Below are positions 1 through 9,753 of a stretch of 64,000 nt of DNA, piece by piece (within the stretch, counting starts at the first letter, position 1; every line of letters starts with the position of its first letter). A program made the translations under genes and the position numbers. The notes under the pieces were generated by a model. That model did not search any database. It saw nothing but the letters and a program-made list of their open reading frames with translations, and was not told the DNA's origin. Source of the stretch: an uncultured Acidobacteriaceae bacterium (GTDB lineage Bacteria; Acidobacteriota; Terriglobia; Terriglobales; Acidobacteriaceae); assembly GCA_963784085.1 (NCBI GenBank), contig CAWAQH010000006.1, forward strand, positions 77,620-141,619, written 5' to 3'.

Positions 1-731
1 GGATAAGGCTGCTGCGGGCCGGCGAGCAGATGCAAGCCGTCCTTGGCCACGGTCATGAGGCCATCGAGCAGGGAAGCGTCAAGGCGGTGCAGGTTCTCGA
101 GCGCGTCGGGGACGCCGAAGCTGGGGCGCAGGTTGAGATGAAGTTGGGCGTGGCCGACGGGAGCGAAATCGACCAGAACCACGTTGCCGTGGGATTGCTG
201 CAACGCGAGCGCGGTGTTGACGGCGGCGGTGGTGGCTCCGGCGCCGCCTTTGGCGCTGAGAAAAGTGAAAATGCGGGCTTTGCCCGCGCCGCCGCGAGTA
301 CGAGTGCGGTTGGAGCTGAAGCGGGTGAGAGCTTCGAGCAGAGCCTCGGAGCCGGCGCTATCGTCGAGATACTCTCCCGCACCGGCGCGCATGCTGGCCA
401 CGATGGTGGTGGGCTGCTGCATGCCGCCATTGGCGAAGATGGCGAGTTGGAGCGTGTTGGCTTGAATCAGTTCGATGGCTTTGATTGCGGGCTGAGGATT
501 GGCGGCAGGAATATCCACCAGGACAACCTCTGCGCGGAGATCCTGAATCTGGCGCAGGATGGAATCGGTAGGGCTAGTGGGAAAGCCGACATTGCTGAAC
601 ACAGCATGGGCGAAGCGCGTGGCTTCGACGCGATTCTGCAGATCTGACAAACGTTGACGGTCCTCGGTCAGGAGGGCTACGGCAATCCCATGCATGGCGC
701 GGTTCTCGCTGATTTCTCTCGGTGTTTGCAT
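1..731 (-). CDS. CpaE/TadZ-like Tad(Flp) pilus assembly protein (receiver-like N-domain plus MinD/ParA-type ATPase); C-terminus lies beyond the window start
   Basis: Not in the ORF track because it runs off the edge. My minus-strand translation from ATG at 731 is open to base 1: MQTPREISENRAMHGIAVALLTEDRQRL...EVVLVDIPAANP...RIFTFLSAKGGAGATTAAVNTALAL...VVLVDFAPVGH. KGGAGAT is the deviant Walker A of the MinD/ParA/CpaE family. An alternative ATG is at 694. Confidence 0.7.
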   Translation of the reverse strand, partial: MQTPREISENRAMHGIAVALLTEDRQRLSDLQNRVEATRFAHAVFSNVGFPTSPTDSILRQIQDLRAEVVLVDIPAANPQPAIKAIELIQANTLQLAIFANGGMQQPTTIVASMRAGAGEYLDDSAGSEALLEALTRFSSNRTRTRGGAGKARIFTFLSAKGGAGATTAAVNTALALQQSHGNVVLVDFAPVGHAQLHLNLRPSFGVPDALENLHRLDASLLDGLMTVAKDGLHLLAGPQQPY

Positions 732-1028
732 GTTAGAAAGAGAAAGTACTCTTCGCCAAGTGACCAGGTAACCGCGTGAGACGATATGTGCGCACAGCTC
801 GCAGCGGAGGGGGAAGCGCAGCGGTCCGCAAAAACAAAAGAAAACCGATCGATATGTACAAACAGGAACGCTCAACGCAGGTTAAAGGCATTCTAAGGCA
901 AGCCGGAGAGATTGCATAGGTGTCGAAGCCAATGGGGCGTGAAAAAGAGTCCAGAGCGGGGTGAAACTGGTGGGGTGAGGCTTTAGTCCCCAGAAGGGAA
1001 TTTGCTCGGAGTCGCAGCCGGGCGTGGG

Positions 1029-1526
1029 TTAGTGGGCGGCGGCGCGGGGACTCGATGGAGCCGGTTCGTCGGAAGGTTCAGGCTCTCCGGGCTGGTGCAG
1101 TGCGGAGACGCGGCGGTAGTCGGCCGAACCTTCTTCGGTGGCGGGAAGGTATTCGTAGCCTTTCAGACAGACGGCCACGCCGATCTTGGTTGCGGCCATA
1201 CTTGTTTCGGCAGACCCAGAACTCGGGTATCACGGCTGACGGCGGGCTTCCATCCGTTCTCTTTTTACGACGCGCAGAACACGGCCGCTGCAACGGACGC
1301 GCATGCTTTCGCCGAGCGTGATCTCGGAGGGCATTTTCAGCGTAAGTTCGACTTCTGCGCCTTCGGCGAGGGCCATGTCGGTGAAGAAGAAAGCGCCGCG
1401 GGAACTGAGATCCTGGGTGAAGCCGAGTCCTTCGGTAGCGGTAGCAATATCGCGCAAGGAAACGGGAAGGTTAAATGGGAAGCGTTGTCCAATGCGACGT
1501 TCAACACCAACCGGAGGAGTAGTCAT
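1029..1526 (-). pseudogene. PilZ domain protein interrupted by an in-frame TGA (1230-1232); the upstream part alone is the 98-aa track ORF 1230..1526
   Basis: The 98-aa ORF has PilZ signatures (ERRIGQRFPF, TQDLSSRGAFFFTD). The same frame continues past the TGA for 66 sense codons to TAA 1029-1031. That extension encodes the expected last PilZ strands (KIGVAVCLKGYEYL). Confidence 0.55.
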
Positions 1527-1782
1527 GGTCGTGTCACTTCCTTAGCAAATCGCCGGAAAGGAAGCAATTGCCACTGTAGCGCAGTCCCGGCGGTCTGGGA
1601 AGTTAAATGTTGGAGCAGGAAGCGCCAGCACAGAAGTTTGATCTGTGAGAAAACTGGCGGCCTGAGCGGTCGGCAGGGCATGCAAGTTATAGTAGTGCTA
1701 AGGGGAATGGCGTCATCCAAAGAAACGATCGTGTCTGAATCGAAAGTCCCAATACTGGAAAATGCGGGTGTGAACGGCGCGG

Positions 1783-3096
1783 ATGGCGGCAGCCGCGCGG
1801 GAATCGCGCTGGCAGGCGGCCGGGCGGGCGCTGCGTCACCGCAACTTCCAGCTCTTCTTCAGCGGACAACTGATCTCGCTCATCGGCACGTGGATGCAGA
1901 GCGTCGCGCAGTCGTGGCTGGTCTACCGGCTGACGGGATCGGCGCTGCTGCTGGGGTCGGTGGGATTCGCCAGCCAGATTCCGGTGTTTCTGTTTGCGCC
2001 GCTGGGCGGGATCGCGGCCGACCGCTTCAACCGGCGGCACATTGTGATCGGCACGCAAGTGGCGTCGATGCTGCTGGCGTTCATTCTGGCGGCGCTGACG
2101 CTATGCCATCAGGGTTCAGGTCTGGCATGTGTTTGTGCTGGCGAGTCTGCTGGGCGTGGTGAACGCGTTCGACATTCCCGGACGGCAATCGTTCCTGGTG
2201 GAGATGGTGGGCCGGGAGGATTTGATGAACGCGATCGCGCTGAATTCTTCGATGTTCAACGGCGCGCGCGTGATCGGGCCAGCGATCGCGGGGATTCTGG
2301 TGGCGAGGATCGGCGAGGGCTGGTGCTTCTTCGCCAACGGAGTGAGCTACATCGCCGTGATCATCGGGTTGCTGCTGATGCAAGTGCACAGCCCGGTGCG
2401 GCGCGGCGATGCCGTCTCCGCTGGAGCACATGATGGAGGGATTCCGCTTCGTCGAACCGCACTGCGCCGATCCGAGCGCTGCTGTTGCTGTTGGGATTGG
2501 TGAGCCTGGTCGGGAATGCCTATACGTGGTGCCTGATGCCGATTTTCGCCGACCAGATTCTGCACGGCGGGGCGCGGGGGCTGGGCATCCTGATGGGCGC
2601 GACCGGCGTGGGCGCGCTGTTTGGCGCGCTGACTCTGGCTTTCCGCAGAGGGCGTGAAAGGCCTGGGGCGCTGGGTGGCATGGTGCTGCGCCGGTTTCGG
2701 CGCCAGTCTGGTGGTGTTCGCGCTCTCGCACAGGTTCTGGCTTTCCGTGCTGCTGCTGCTGCCGGTGGGCTACTGCATGATGCTGCAGATGGCTTGCTTC
2801 GAACACGTTGATTCAGGTGATGGTGCCGGACGCGCTGCGCGGTCGGGTGATGGCAGTGTACTCGATGATGTTCATGGGCATGGCGCCGATCGGGGCATTG
2901 CTGGGCGGCGCGCTGGCCGAGCGCCTGGGCGCGCCGCTCACGGTGGCGATTGGGGGAGCGGCATCGCTTGCTGGGGGCGTGGCTGGTTCGGTCGCAACTG
3001 CCGAAGATTCGAGTGGAAGCGCGGCGTTTGATCGTGGCCCAGGCCTCCGCCGGCGGGGAACCAGCGGAGATGACGGCGCAGGCAGTAGAGGATTAG
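1783..3096 (+). pseudogene. MFS transporter (MFS_3/EntS-like), reading frame broken about six times
   Basis: Track ORFs starting at 1783, 2129, 2409, 2485, 2654 and 2808, in three frames, tile one collinear MFS protein. Segments: NFQLFFSGQLISLIGTWMQ / [22 protein letters not shown] / [11 protein letters not shown] / [27 protein letters not shown] / FALSHRFWLSVLLLLPVGYCMMLQMA / LIQVMVPDALRGRVMAVYSMMFMGMAPIGALLGG. Frame switches lie near 2100, 2405, 2468, 2652, 2797 and 2985. The last segment ends at TAG 3094-3096 in the same frame as the start. Confidence 0.7.
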
Positions 3097-3172
3097 GCGG
3101 CGTCGATCCTGATCCTGATCTAGCTGCAGGGATTGCATCAGTGGCATCTCAATTTTGCCCGCAGAGATTCGT

Positions 3173-3908
3173 TCAGGACACGGCTTCAGTCGCGCCGTAA
3201 GCGTCCAAACTGATTAGGGCTTCAACTCGATAGGCTTCCGGCGGCAATCCGGTGATGCGGATTCCGCCGTGGCCTTTGTGGCGGATATTGAGGCCGATCA
3301 GCAGAGCCGTGATCTGCTCGAGGATGCGGGCATTTTCCAGTTTGCCGCCATCGATGGCGCGGACGCCGGGAATTTCGCGGCGAGAGTGCGCGTGAGTTGA
3401 TGGCGTTCGGCATCGTCGCTGCAAACGATCACATCGCAATCGAGAGCTTTCATCTCCATTCAGCAATTCGGCGGACAAGATTGTGAAACGCGGCGGCCAC
3501 ACTCACGCCCTTGGGGACGAGTTCGGCGGCTTGCTGCGCGGCCGAGCCTTGCCAGACGCCGAGGGTGCGCGAGGCGCGTCCGCCGACTCTGGCGGCGAGC
3601 GCGACCGTGGCATCAATCAGAATGCTGCCGGGACGAATCGCGGGCTTGAGTTGCTTGAGCAGCGCGGCCTGGCCTTCGAAGGGAACGGTGAGCACCAGAA
3701 TATCCGCGGCGGCACAGGCAGCGGAGTTTTCCATGCCGGAAACATTGCGCTTGGTCTCCGGCTTTCTGTTTGATTTTGTCGGCGGCGTCTTGCGCGCGCT
3801 GCGCGTCGCGGGAGCCGATGATGATGGTTTCTCCGGCGCGCGCCCAGCGCAATGCAAGGCCCATGCCTGCCGGTCCGGTGCCGCCCAGGATTGCGATAGG
3901 GACGCTGG
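3173..3908 (-). pseudogene. npdG: NADPH-dependent F420 reductase (NpdG family), frame-disrupted
   Basis: Three collinear segments. Rossmann start VPIAILGGTGPAGMGLALRWARAGETIIIGSRD (frame of ORF 3613..4116). Then ENSAACAAADILVLTVPFEGQAALLKQLKPAIRPGSILIDATV (ORF 3450..3857). Then REIPGVRAIDGGKLENARILEQITALLIGLNIRHKGHGGIRITGL (ORF 3173..3502). Frame switches lie near 3750, 3478, 3440 and 3375. I found no canonical start codon just upstream of the Rossmann motif. Confidence 0.6.
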
Positions 3909-3954
3909 CTAGTCGCGATCGACTCAGGCAAATTCCGGCTCCAGCGCTTCTTCT

Positions 3955-5162
3955 GCGGTGAGTTCGTTCCAGCGGCAGCTTCAGTTTGATACGCGTGTAG
4001 ACGGTGTTGCGCTCGGCGGGGATGCGGCCGATTTCCAGAATCAGCGACTGAAAATCTTCCGGGCTGGTGTATTGTCCGGCGGTGGCTCCGGCTTCGCGCG
4101 AAATGTTTTCTTCCATCAGCGTGCCGCCGTAATCGTTGGCGCCCGCGTGCAGGCAGAGTTGCGAGATGCGCGCGATTCAACTTTACCCACGAAACCTGAA
4201 TGTTGTTGATGGATCCGGCGAGCAGCAAACGCGCGCCAGCGCGTGCACTTTCAGATGCTCGGCCAGAGTGGGCCCGGTGCGCGCCAGGCCCTGCTGAAAG
4301 AGCAGCGTGTTCTGATGCACAAAGCCGAGCGGAACGAATTCGGTGAAGCCGCCGGTTTCGTCCTGAATTTCGCGCAGCAGGAGCATCTGGCGTACCCAAT
4401 GCTCGGGCGTTTCCGTGTGTCCGTACATCATGGTGGAAGTGGAGCGGATGCCGAGCGCGGTGCGCGGTGCGGATGACTTCGATCCACTGCGCGGTGGAAA
4501 GCTTGTTGGCGGAAAGAATGTGGCGGATCTCGTCGTCGAGAATTTCGGCGGCGGTGCCGGGCAGCGTGTCGAGGCCGTTATCGCGCAGCATGGAGAGATA
4601 GTCGGCGAGCGGCATGCCGGTGAGTTCGACGCCGTAGACGATTTCCATCGGCGAGAAGGCGTGGATGTGCATTGCCGGCACGGCACTCTTCACGGCGCGC
4701 AGAATGTCGCGATAGTAAAACGGAGGCAGGCCGTGCGGCAGTCCGCCTTGAATGCAGACTTCGGTGGCGCCGAGCTGCCAGGCTTCGACGGCCTTTTGCG
4801 CGACTTGCTCGGGCTCGAGAAAATATGTGTCGGACTCGCGCGGGCCGCGGCTGAAGGCGCAGAACTTGCATCCCACAAAACAGATGTTGGTGAAATTGAT
4901 GTTGCGATTCACGACGTAGGTGACGAGGTTGCCGGCAGAGTTCGGCGCGCAGCAGGTTGGCGGCGGCCAGCAGGCCGAGCAGATCGTCGCCTTCGGCGTG
5001 GGCGAGGGCGCAGGCCTCTTCTTGCGAAATGGCGTCGCCGTTTTGCGTTTCGAGAATTCGTTCGAGCGAGGAGCGCAGCTCTGGCGTAACTCGCGGCGCA
5101 ACGTCGGACCAGTCGAGGGCGGGGAAGTTTTCCAGTTCCGAAGTTGAGAGTTCGCGTGGCAC
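3955..5162 (-). pseudogene. cofH: FO synthase subunit 2 (CofH, radical SAM), frame-disrupted
   Basis: Radical-SAM motif NICFVGCKFCAF. Pieces in track ORFs 4578..5162, 3617..5101, 4183..4686 and 3613..4116 are collinear with CofH ([13 protein letters not shown]; [14 protein letters not shown]...[11 protein letters not shown]; GANDYGGTLMEENISREAG). Frame switches lie near 4935, 4455, 4232 and 4175. The 3' end is uncertain. Confidence 0.65.
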
Positions 5163-5216
5163 GAGTTCCTCCGACCTCAGGGGCTAAAATTCCAGTTCCA
5201 CGGATCAGGCTTTTTC

Positions 5217-5234
5217 GCAGCGCTAAAGCGCTGC
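5217..5234. repeat. Perfect 7-bp stem / 4-nt loop hairpin (GCAGCGC-TAAA-GCGCTGC) inside a REP-like spacer between cofE and cofH
   Basis: Read directly from the sequence. It lies in the 102-bp spacer 5163-5264. Confidence 0.5.
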
Positions 5235-5264
5235 GCCACCCGAAAGTCGGAACCCGAGACTAGT

Positions 5265-6009
5265 CTAGCGGAACAAGTCATTTGCTGCGGGCCGAAGCAG
5301 GTCGCGTGTTCTTGCCGCGGGCTGGTTCGTAGCGGAATCCGCGAATGATGCAGGCCGGGGTGCGGTTGAGCTTGCCGCAAACCAATGCGGCGGCGCGGCC
5401 AGTTCGTCGGCGACGGCTTCGACGCTGGCGTGAAGAGTAGTAGCCGTGCGGATCGCGGCGGCCACGATCGTCGCGCAGAGCTTTCATTCCCGCGATGCCA
5501 ATGCAGAAGTCGACTCAGGCCTTCGCGCCAGGGCCGGCCGAAAGTGTCGGTGATGAGAACGGGGATGCTGAGCCTGGTGCGCTTCTTGAGTTGCGCGGTG
5601 AAGATTGCGCGCGGAGCGGTCGGGATCGATGGGAAGCAGCAGGGCGTGGCGGCCGCCATCGACGTTGGAAACATCCACGCCGCTGTTGGCGCAGATGAAG
5701 CCGTGATGGGTCTCGGTGATGAGCACGCCGTTCTTGCGGCGGATGACGGCGCGGCTTTCGCGCAGAGCGAGTTCGATGACGCGGGCATCGAGGTGATATT
5801 TCTTCGCCCAGGCGGCGAGTGCGGCAGATGGTTTAATCGTTGCAAGATCGACGATGCGGCCTTCCGCTTTGGAAACGATCTTGTGTTTGACGACGAGAAT
5901 GTCGCCGGGCGTGAAGGAGAGTTTATTTTTGCGAAGCGATTGCAGGAGTTTGTCGGCGATCGAATCGCCGGGGCCGATTTCGTCGGCGAGAGGGATGCGG
6001 GATGAGCAA
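5265..6009 (-). pseudogene. cofE: F420-0:gamma-glutamyl ligase (CofE), frame-disrupted about six times
   Basis: Collinear CofE pieces in three frames: IPLADEIGPGDSIADKLL...VVKHKIVSKAEGRIV...LITETHHGFICANSGVDVSNVDGG..LLLPIDPDRSA / SIPVLITDTFGRPWREG / GMKALRDDRGRRDPHGY / LHASVEAVADELAA / ALVCGKLNRTPACIIRGFRYEP / RTRDLLRPAANDLFR-stop (5265). The proposed TTG start at 6009 is tentative. Confidence 0.6.
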
Positions 6010-6070
6010 GTCGTTGGTCAGGGCGGAGTCCTCTTTCGCACCTTCGGGGCTGGGCTTGTGTCGGCGCTGA

Positions 6071-6090
6071 CCCACGGCTTGCACCGTGGG
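6071..6090. repeat. Hairpin CCCACGG-CTTGCA-CCGTGGG within a REP-like element between cofC and cofE
   Basis: Read directly. The surrounding 6030-6130 region translates to the low-complexity peptides typical of dispersed intergenic repeats. Confidence 0.45.
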
Positions 6091-6159
6091 CTGCATTCTT
6101 TCGGCGCTTCGCGGCTGGTCGTTTGGACGCGCGATGGCTCGTGCTCACAGGGTCTCTGA

Positions 6160-6807
6160 TCTCCACGCGACAGGCAGCCGTCAGCTTCCAGCGGCGAAGC
6201 AGGCTCTGGGCGCGGGTTTCGCCCGGGATGCGCGAGAAGCCGTTGCAGGTCTTCCGGATTGTCAACGTCGATGCCGATACCAGGTAATTGCAGCACGATG
6301 CAGGGCTTGCCGGTGGCGCGGGCGGCAGCGAGATGCGGTTTGAAGCTGTCGTTGCCGAAGCGCAGGGGGAACAGATTTGCGGGGCGGCGAAGGGCGGCGT
6401 TGGTTCCGCGGCCGTCGGCGGCTGGCGCGAGCACCGAGCCTTGGTCGGGGCGCCTGCGCGAATATCTGCTCGAGTTCGCGGGCCTGGACCAGCGGAATGT
6501 CGGCGGGGATCACGAGGGTGAAAGCGGCGCCGCGCGACAGGCAAAACTCGGTGGCCATTTCGATCGCGCCGGTTTCGCCGGGATTCGCGGGATCGGGAAT
6601 GATTTCGAAATTGTGTGAACGCGCGAGTTCGGTCGCAAACGGATCGCCCGTGACCAGCGCGCAGGGCGGACGGTTGGGCAAGGCGGCAATGGCCGAGACG
6701 ACATCCTGCAGCATGGCCTGCGCCAATTCCGTGCGCTTCGGCTGATCAAGCACTGCGGCGAGGCGCTGCTTGGCCGTCGACAGATTCTTGACGGGGATGA
6801 GGATCAC
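6160..6807 (-). pseudogene. cofC: 2-phospho-L-lactate guanylyltransferase (CofC/FbiD), at least one frameshift; 3' end uncertain
   Basis: VILIPVKNLSTAKQRL...FTLVIPADIPLVQARELEQIF (ORF 6262..6939) continues after a shift near 6440 as APAADGRGTNAL...FGNDSFKPHLAAA...IGIDVDNPEDLQRLL (ORF 6018..6434). The GTG start at 6807 overlaps the cofD TGA (GTGA). Confidence 0.55.
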
Positions 6808-7787
6808 GGCTGCTCGCAGGCGGTCGGCACCGCCAGAGCTTCGGGAGCGGGCACGGAAGAAACCTTGCTTGCCCCCGAGAGAACGGTTCGGGCGAGCGCC
6901 GTCCGGTCTTCGGGAGAGCGCATGAGGGTTTGAGTGCACTCCACGCGCAGACCCGTGTTGCGAAGCGCTTCGGCCGCGCCGGCATCGCGTTCATCGCACA
7001 CGAGAAGATCGAGAAAATCTCCATAGGCTCTGGCCACGCCGGCGATGGAGCAGGGCAGTCCGTGGGCAGTCATGAGAATGCCCGCGGGACCGGCGACGGG
7101 AGCGCCTTCTATGATTGGACTCACGGCGGCGACCTGGCCGCGCGCGCGGCACAGAGCGTCGCGAATGCCGGGCACGGCGAGAATCGGGCCGATGCTGGTG
7201 ATGGGATTGCTGGGAGCGATCAGCACGGCGGCTGCGGATTCGATGGCTTCGATTACTCCGGGCGCGGGCCTGGCAGCGGCTGCGCCGGCGAAGCGCACGG
7301 AATTTACGGGATCCTGAAATCGGCGCTTCACGAAATATTCCTCGAAACTCAATTCTCCGGAAGGCGTGTCGACGCAGGTTTCGATACGCGAGTTGCTCAT
7401 GGGAAGAATGCGCGCGGTGACGCTGAGTTTGCCGCAGAGGATGGATGTGGCCTCGGCAAGCGTTTTTCCTTCGGCCAGCAGGCGCGAGCGCAGCAGGTGG
7501 GCGGCAAGATCGCGGTCGCCGGTCTTGAACCAGGCGGGCTCGCCGAGTCTCTCCATGGCTTGCAGGCAGAGAAACGTATCGCCCGTTACGCCCCAACCGC
7601 GTTCGCGGCTGAGCAGGCCGGAGAGAACGTAGGTGATGGAGTCGAGATCTGGAGAAACGTAAAGACCCCACCAGAGCAGGTCGTCGCCCGTGTTGACGAT
7701 CAGCGTAATTTCTTCTTGCGGGATAACCTGCCGCAGGCCGTCTACGAACTTGGCGCCTCCGGTGCCGCCGGTGAGGACGCAGATCAT
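6804..7787 (-). CDS. cofD: 2-phospho-L-lactate transferase (LPPG:FO transferase, CofD/FbiA)
   Basis: Intact 327-aa ORF. N-terminus MICVLTGGTGGAKFVDGL and length are typical of CofD. Its ATG overlaps the cofG stop (ATGA at 7784-7787). Confidence 0.85.
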   Translation of the reverse strand: MICVLTGGTGGAKFVDGLRQVIPQEEITLIVNTGDDLLWWGLYVSPDLDSITYVLSGLLSRERGWGVTGDTFLCLQAMERLGEPAWFKTGDRDLAAHLLRSRLLAEGKTLAEATSILCGKLSVTARILPMSNSRIETCVDTPSGELSFEEYFVKRRFQDPVNSVRFAGAAAARPAPGVIEAIESAAAVLIAPSNPITSIGPILAVPGIRDALCRARGQVAAVSPIIEGAPVAGPAGILMTAHGLPCSIAGVARAYGDFLDLLVCDERDAGAAEALRNTGLRVECTQTLMRSPEDRTALARTVLSGASKVSSVPAPEALAVPTACEQP

Positions 7788-8992
7788 GCGGCCCTCGTTT
7801 CCGCGGCGAAGCCTTCGCGGTCGCGGGCGGATTTGAGTTTTTCTGAGAGTAGTCCGGGTTTCAACGTGAGGGCGGGCAGGAATTCCGGGTAGACCGGCAA
7901 ACGCTGGCGCAACTGGAATCCTTTGGCCTCGGTGCGGAGGCGGAGTTGATCGAGATGGGGCCAGGGTTTTTCGGGATTTATGAAGTCGGGGGTGAGAGGC
8001 GAGACGCCGCCCCAGTCGTTGATGCCGGCCTCGAGGAGGTCCTCATAATACGGCGCGTTGAGGTTGGGAGGAGCTTGAATGTTGACGCCGGGCATGAGCA
8101 GACGAGCCACGGCCACGGCGCGCAGCATATCGCCGCGGCTGGGTTCGGGCACCTGCGCCATTGGAATGGCGGGCTTGGCACGGAAGTTTTGCACGATCAC
8201 TTCCTGAATGTGGCCATAGCGGTCGTTCACTTCGCGGATCGCGAGTAGCGTATCGACGCGGTCTTCGGGAGTCTCGCCGATGCCGATGAGCAGGCCGGTG
8301 GTGAAGGGGACTTTTTGTCTTCCAGCATCTTCGATGGTGCGCAGGCGTTTGGAGGGGACCTTGTCGGGCGCATTGTCGTGGGCTGCGCCGGGAGCGAGCA
8401 GGGCGTTGCTGGTGGTTTCAAGCATCAGACCCATGCTGGGGGAAACGGCGGCGAGGCGGGCGATCCATTCGGTGCTGAGCAGGCCGGGATTGGGATGCGG
8501 CAGCAGGCTGGTTTCGCGCAGCACGAGTTCGCACATGGCTTCGAGATAATGCAGCGTGGATTTATAGCCGAGATGGCGCAGGGTTTCGCGCATCTCGGGA
8601 AAAAGCAGCTCGGGTTTGTCGCCGAGGCTGAAGAGAGCTTCGGTGCATCCCAGCTTTTCGCCGGCGCGGGCTACGGCCAGAACTTCGTCGGGAGTCATGG
8701 TGTGCGCGCCGGGGTCTGAGGGGTCGCGGCGGAACACGCAGTAGCCGCAGTAGTCGCGGCAAAGATTGGTGAGCGGCAGGAAAACTTTCCGGGAGTAGGT
8801 GATGAGGCCGGGCCTAAAATCTTCTCTTGCGGCGCGTGCGGCGGCGAGCAGCGCGGGAAGGTCGTCGTCGCTGCAGCGGATCAGACGCAGGGCCAGGTCG
8901 CGGGAGATGGGCGCACCGAACTGAAAGTCAGCGAGGTCTGCTGCGCAGGAGTTGTGCTCCCTGGCCGCTGTCGTGATGGAGGTTGCAGTCAC
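7784..8992 (-). CDS. cofG: FO synthase subunit 1 (CofG, radical SAM)
   Basis: Intact 402-aa ORF with CxxxCxxC motif (CRDYCGYCVF). It lies first in the F420 cluster. Confidence 0.85.
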   Translation of the reverse strand: MTATSITTAAREHNSCAADLADFQFGAPISRDLALRLIRCSDDDLPALLAAARAAREDFRPGLITYSRKVFLPLTNLCRDYCGYCVFRRDPSDPGAHTMTPDEVLAVARAGEKLGCTEALFSLGDKPELLFPEMRETLRHLGYKSTLHYLEAMCELVLRETSLLPHPNPGLLSTEWIARLAAVSPSMGLMLETTSNALLAPGAAHDNAPDKVPSKRLRTIEDAGRQKVPFTTGLLIGIGETPEDRVDTLLAIREVNDRYGHIQEVIVQNFRAKPAIPMAQVPEPSRGDMLRAVAVARLLMPGVNIQAPPNLNAPYYEDLLEAGINDWGGVSPLTPDFINPEKPWPHLDQLRLRTEAKGFQLRQRLPVYPEFLPALTLKPGLLSEKLKSARDREGFAAETRAA

Positions 8993-9164
8993 AAAGCTCG
9001 ATTAACGAGGCGTGCTTGATGCATCGAATGATACAACAGTGGTCAGGGGACAATCTGTTCAATGCCCGGCTTGTGTCGGCGACCCGGGCGAGAAATGCGA
9101 ACTCAGCAGGGGACAGCCTACACGGATTCCTAATGCACCTCAGTCGAAAATGGTACAGTCCCTT

Positions 9165-9569
9165 ATGAAGAGAATCAGTTCCTTCGTGCTGCCTTTCACT
9201 GCGCTTCTGCTCGCCTCGATCGTCTTCCAAGGCTGCAACGCAGTCAATCCCTTGTGTGGAAGTGCTCGGCCGGCCCCAATCATTGGATCTCTTTCTGCCA
9301 CTACGATTCCCTTCGCTGACTTGCAGCCGGGCTATGTGCTCGATGTGTATGGTGCCAAGTTTGTTTCGTCCTCTATCGTGCTCATCAACGGGACGCAGCT
9401 AAGCACTGTGGTCACAAGCAGTACGCAGTTGCAGGTCACAGTTACGACTGCCGTAATCTCCGCCCCGGGAACGGCCAGTGTGACGGTCAGCACTCCGAGC
9501 GGGAACTCGGGAGATTTGGGCTGTAGCAGCGGTGGAACCAGCGGCGCCCTTGTTCTGACGATTACCTAG
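9165..9569 (+). CDS. Small secreted/lipoprotein with IPT/TIG-like Ig fold
   Basis: Internal ATG at 9165 of track ORF 9012..9569 gives MKRISSFVLPFTALLLASIVFQGC (signal peptide plus Cys). The remainder is beta-rich (VLINGTQLSTVVTSSTQLQVTVT). Confidence 0.6.
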   Translation: MKRISSFVLPFTALLLASIVFQGCNAVNPLCGSARPAPIIGSLSATTIPFADLQPGYVLDVYGAKFVSSSIVLINGTQLSTVVTSSTQLQVTVTTAVISAPGTASVTVSTPSGNSGDLGCSSGGTSGALVLTIT

Positions 9570-9753
9570 AAGGCAAGGTAGCCCTCAACGCTCTACGGCT
9601 TTGGTCGGAGGCGAGTTGCCGCGACCAATCGCCGGCCATTCCTTGCGGCGTTGTCTTGGTAACTGCTGTGAGCAGGCTTACTCCCATCGCAACAAGGCGG
9701 GCCACCGCCGTGGTAATGTAAGCAGTCGCACGCGGAAAAGCGTCCAGCACGAC

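Noticed and set aside
1230-1232. Selenocysteine or programmed read-through at the PilZ in-frame TGA
   Set aside because: I could not recognise a SECIS-like hairpin immediately downstream. PilZ proteins are not known selenoproteins, and many genes here use TGA as an ordinary stop. I kept it as a nonsense lesion pending read checks.
3890-3990. Apparent in-frame CofH-NpdG fusion (no stop between the CofH C-terminal frame and the NpdG Rossmann motif in ORF 3613..4116)
   Set aside because: Another frame gives a natural-looking CofH end (WNELTAEEALEPEFA-stop) just upstream of the Rossmann motif. The region is riddled with indels, so a fusion cannot be supported.
3617-6544. Long minus-strand track ORFs 3617..5101 (494 aa) and 5177..6544 (455 aa)
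   Set aside because: Only parts of each match real proteins (CofH, CofE). The rest is out-of-frame read-through that stays open because of GC bias. I replaced them with tiled multi-frame gene models.
6930-7892. Other long antisense ORFs: 6930..7892, 13767..14729, 17214..18149, 24611..25495 on the plus strand; 31709..32491, 38943..39962, 42708..43733 on the minus strand
   Set aside because: Each lies opposite a strongly supported gene (cofD, ABC-F, LVIVD protein, receptor genes, OMP gene, DUF1624 gene). Each has Gly/Arg/Ala-rich composition without motifs.
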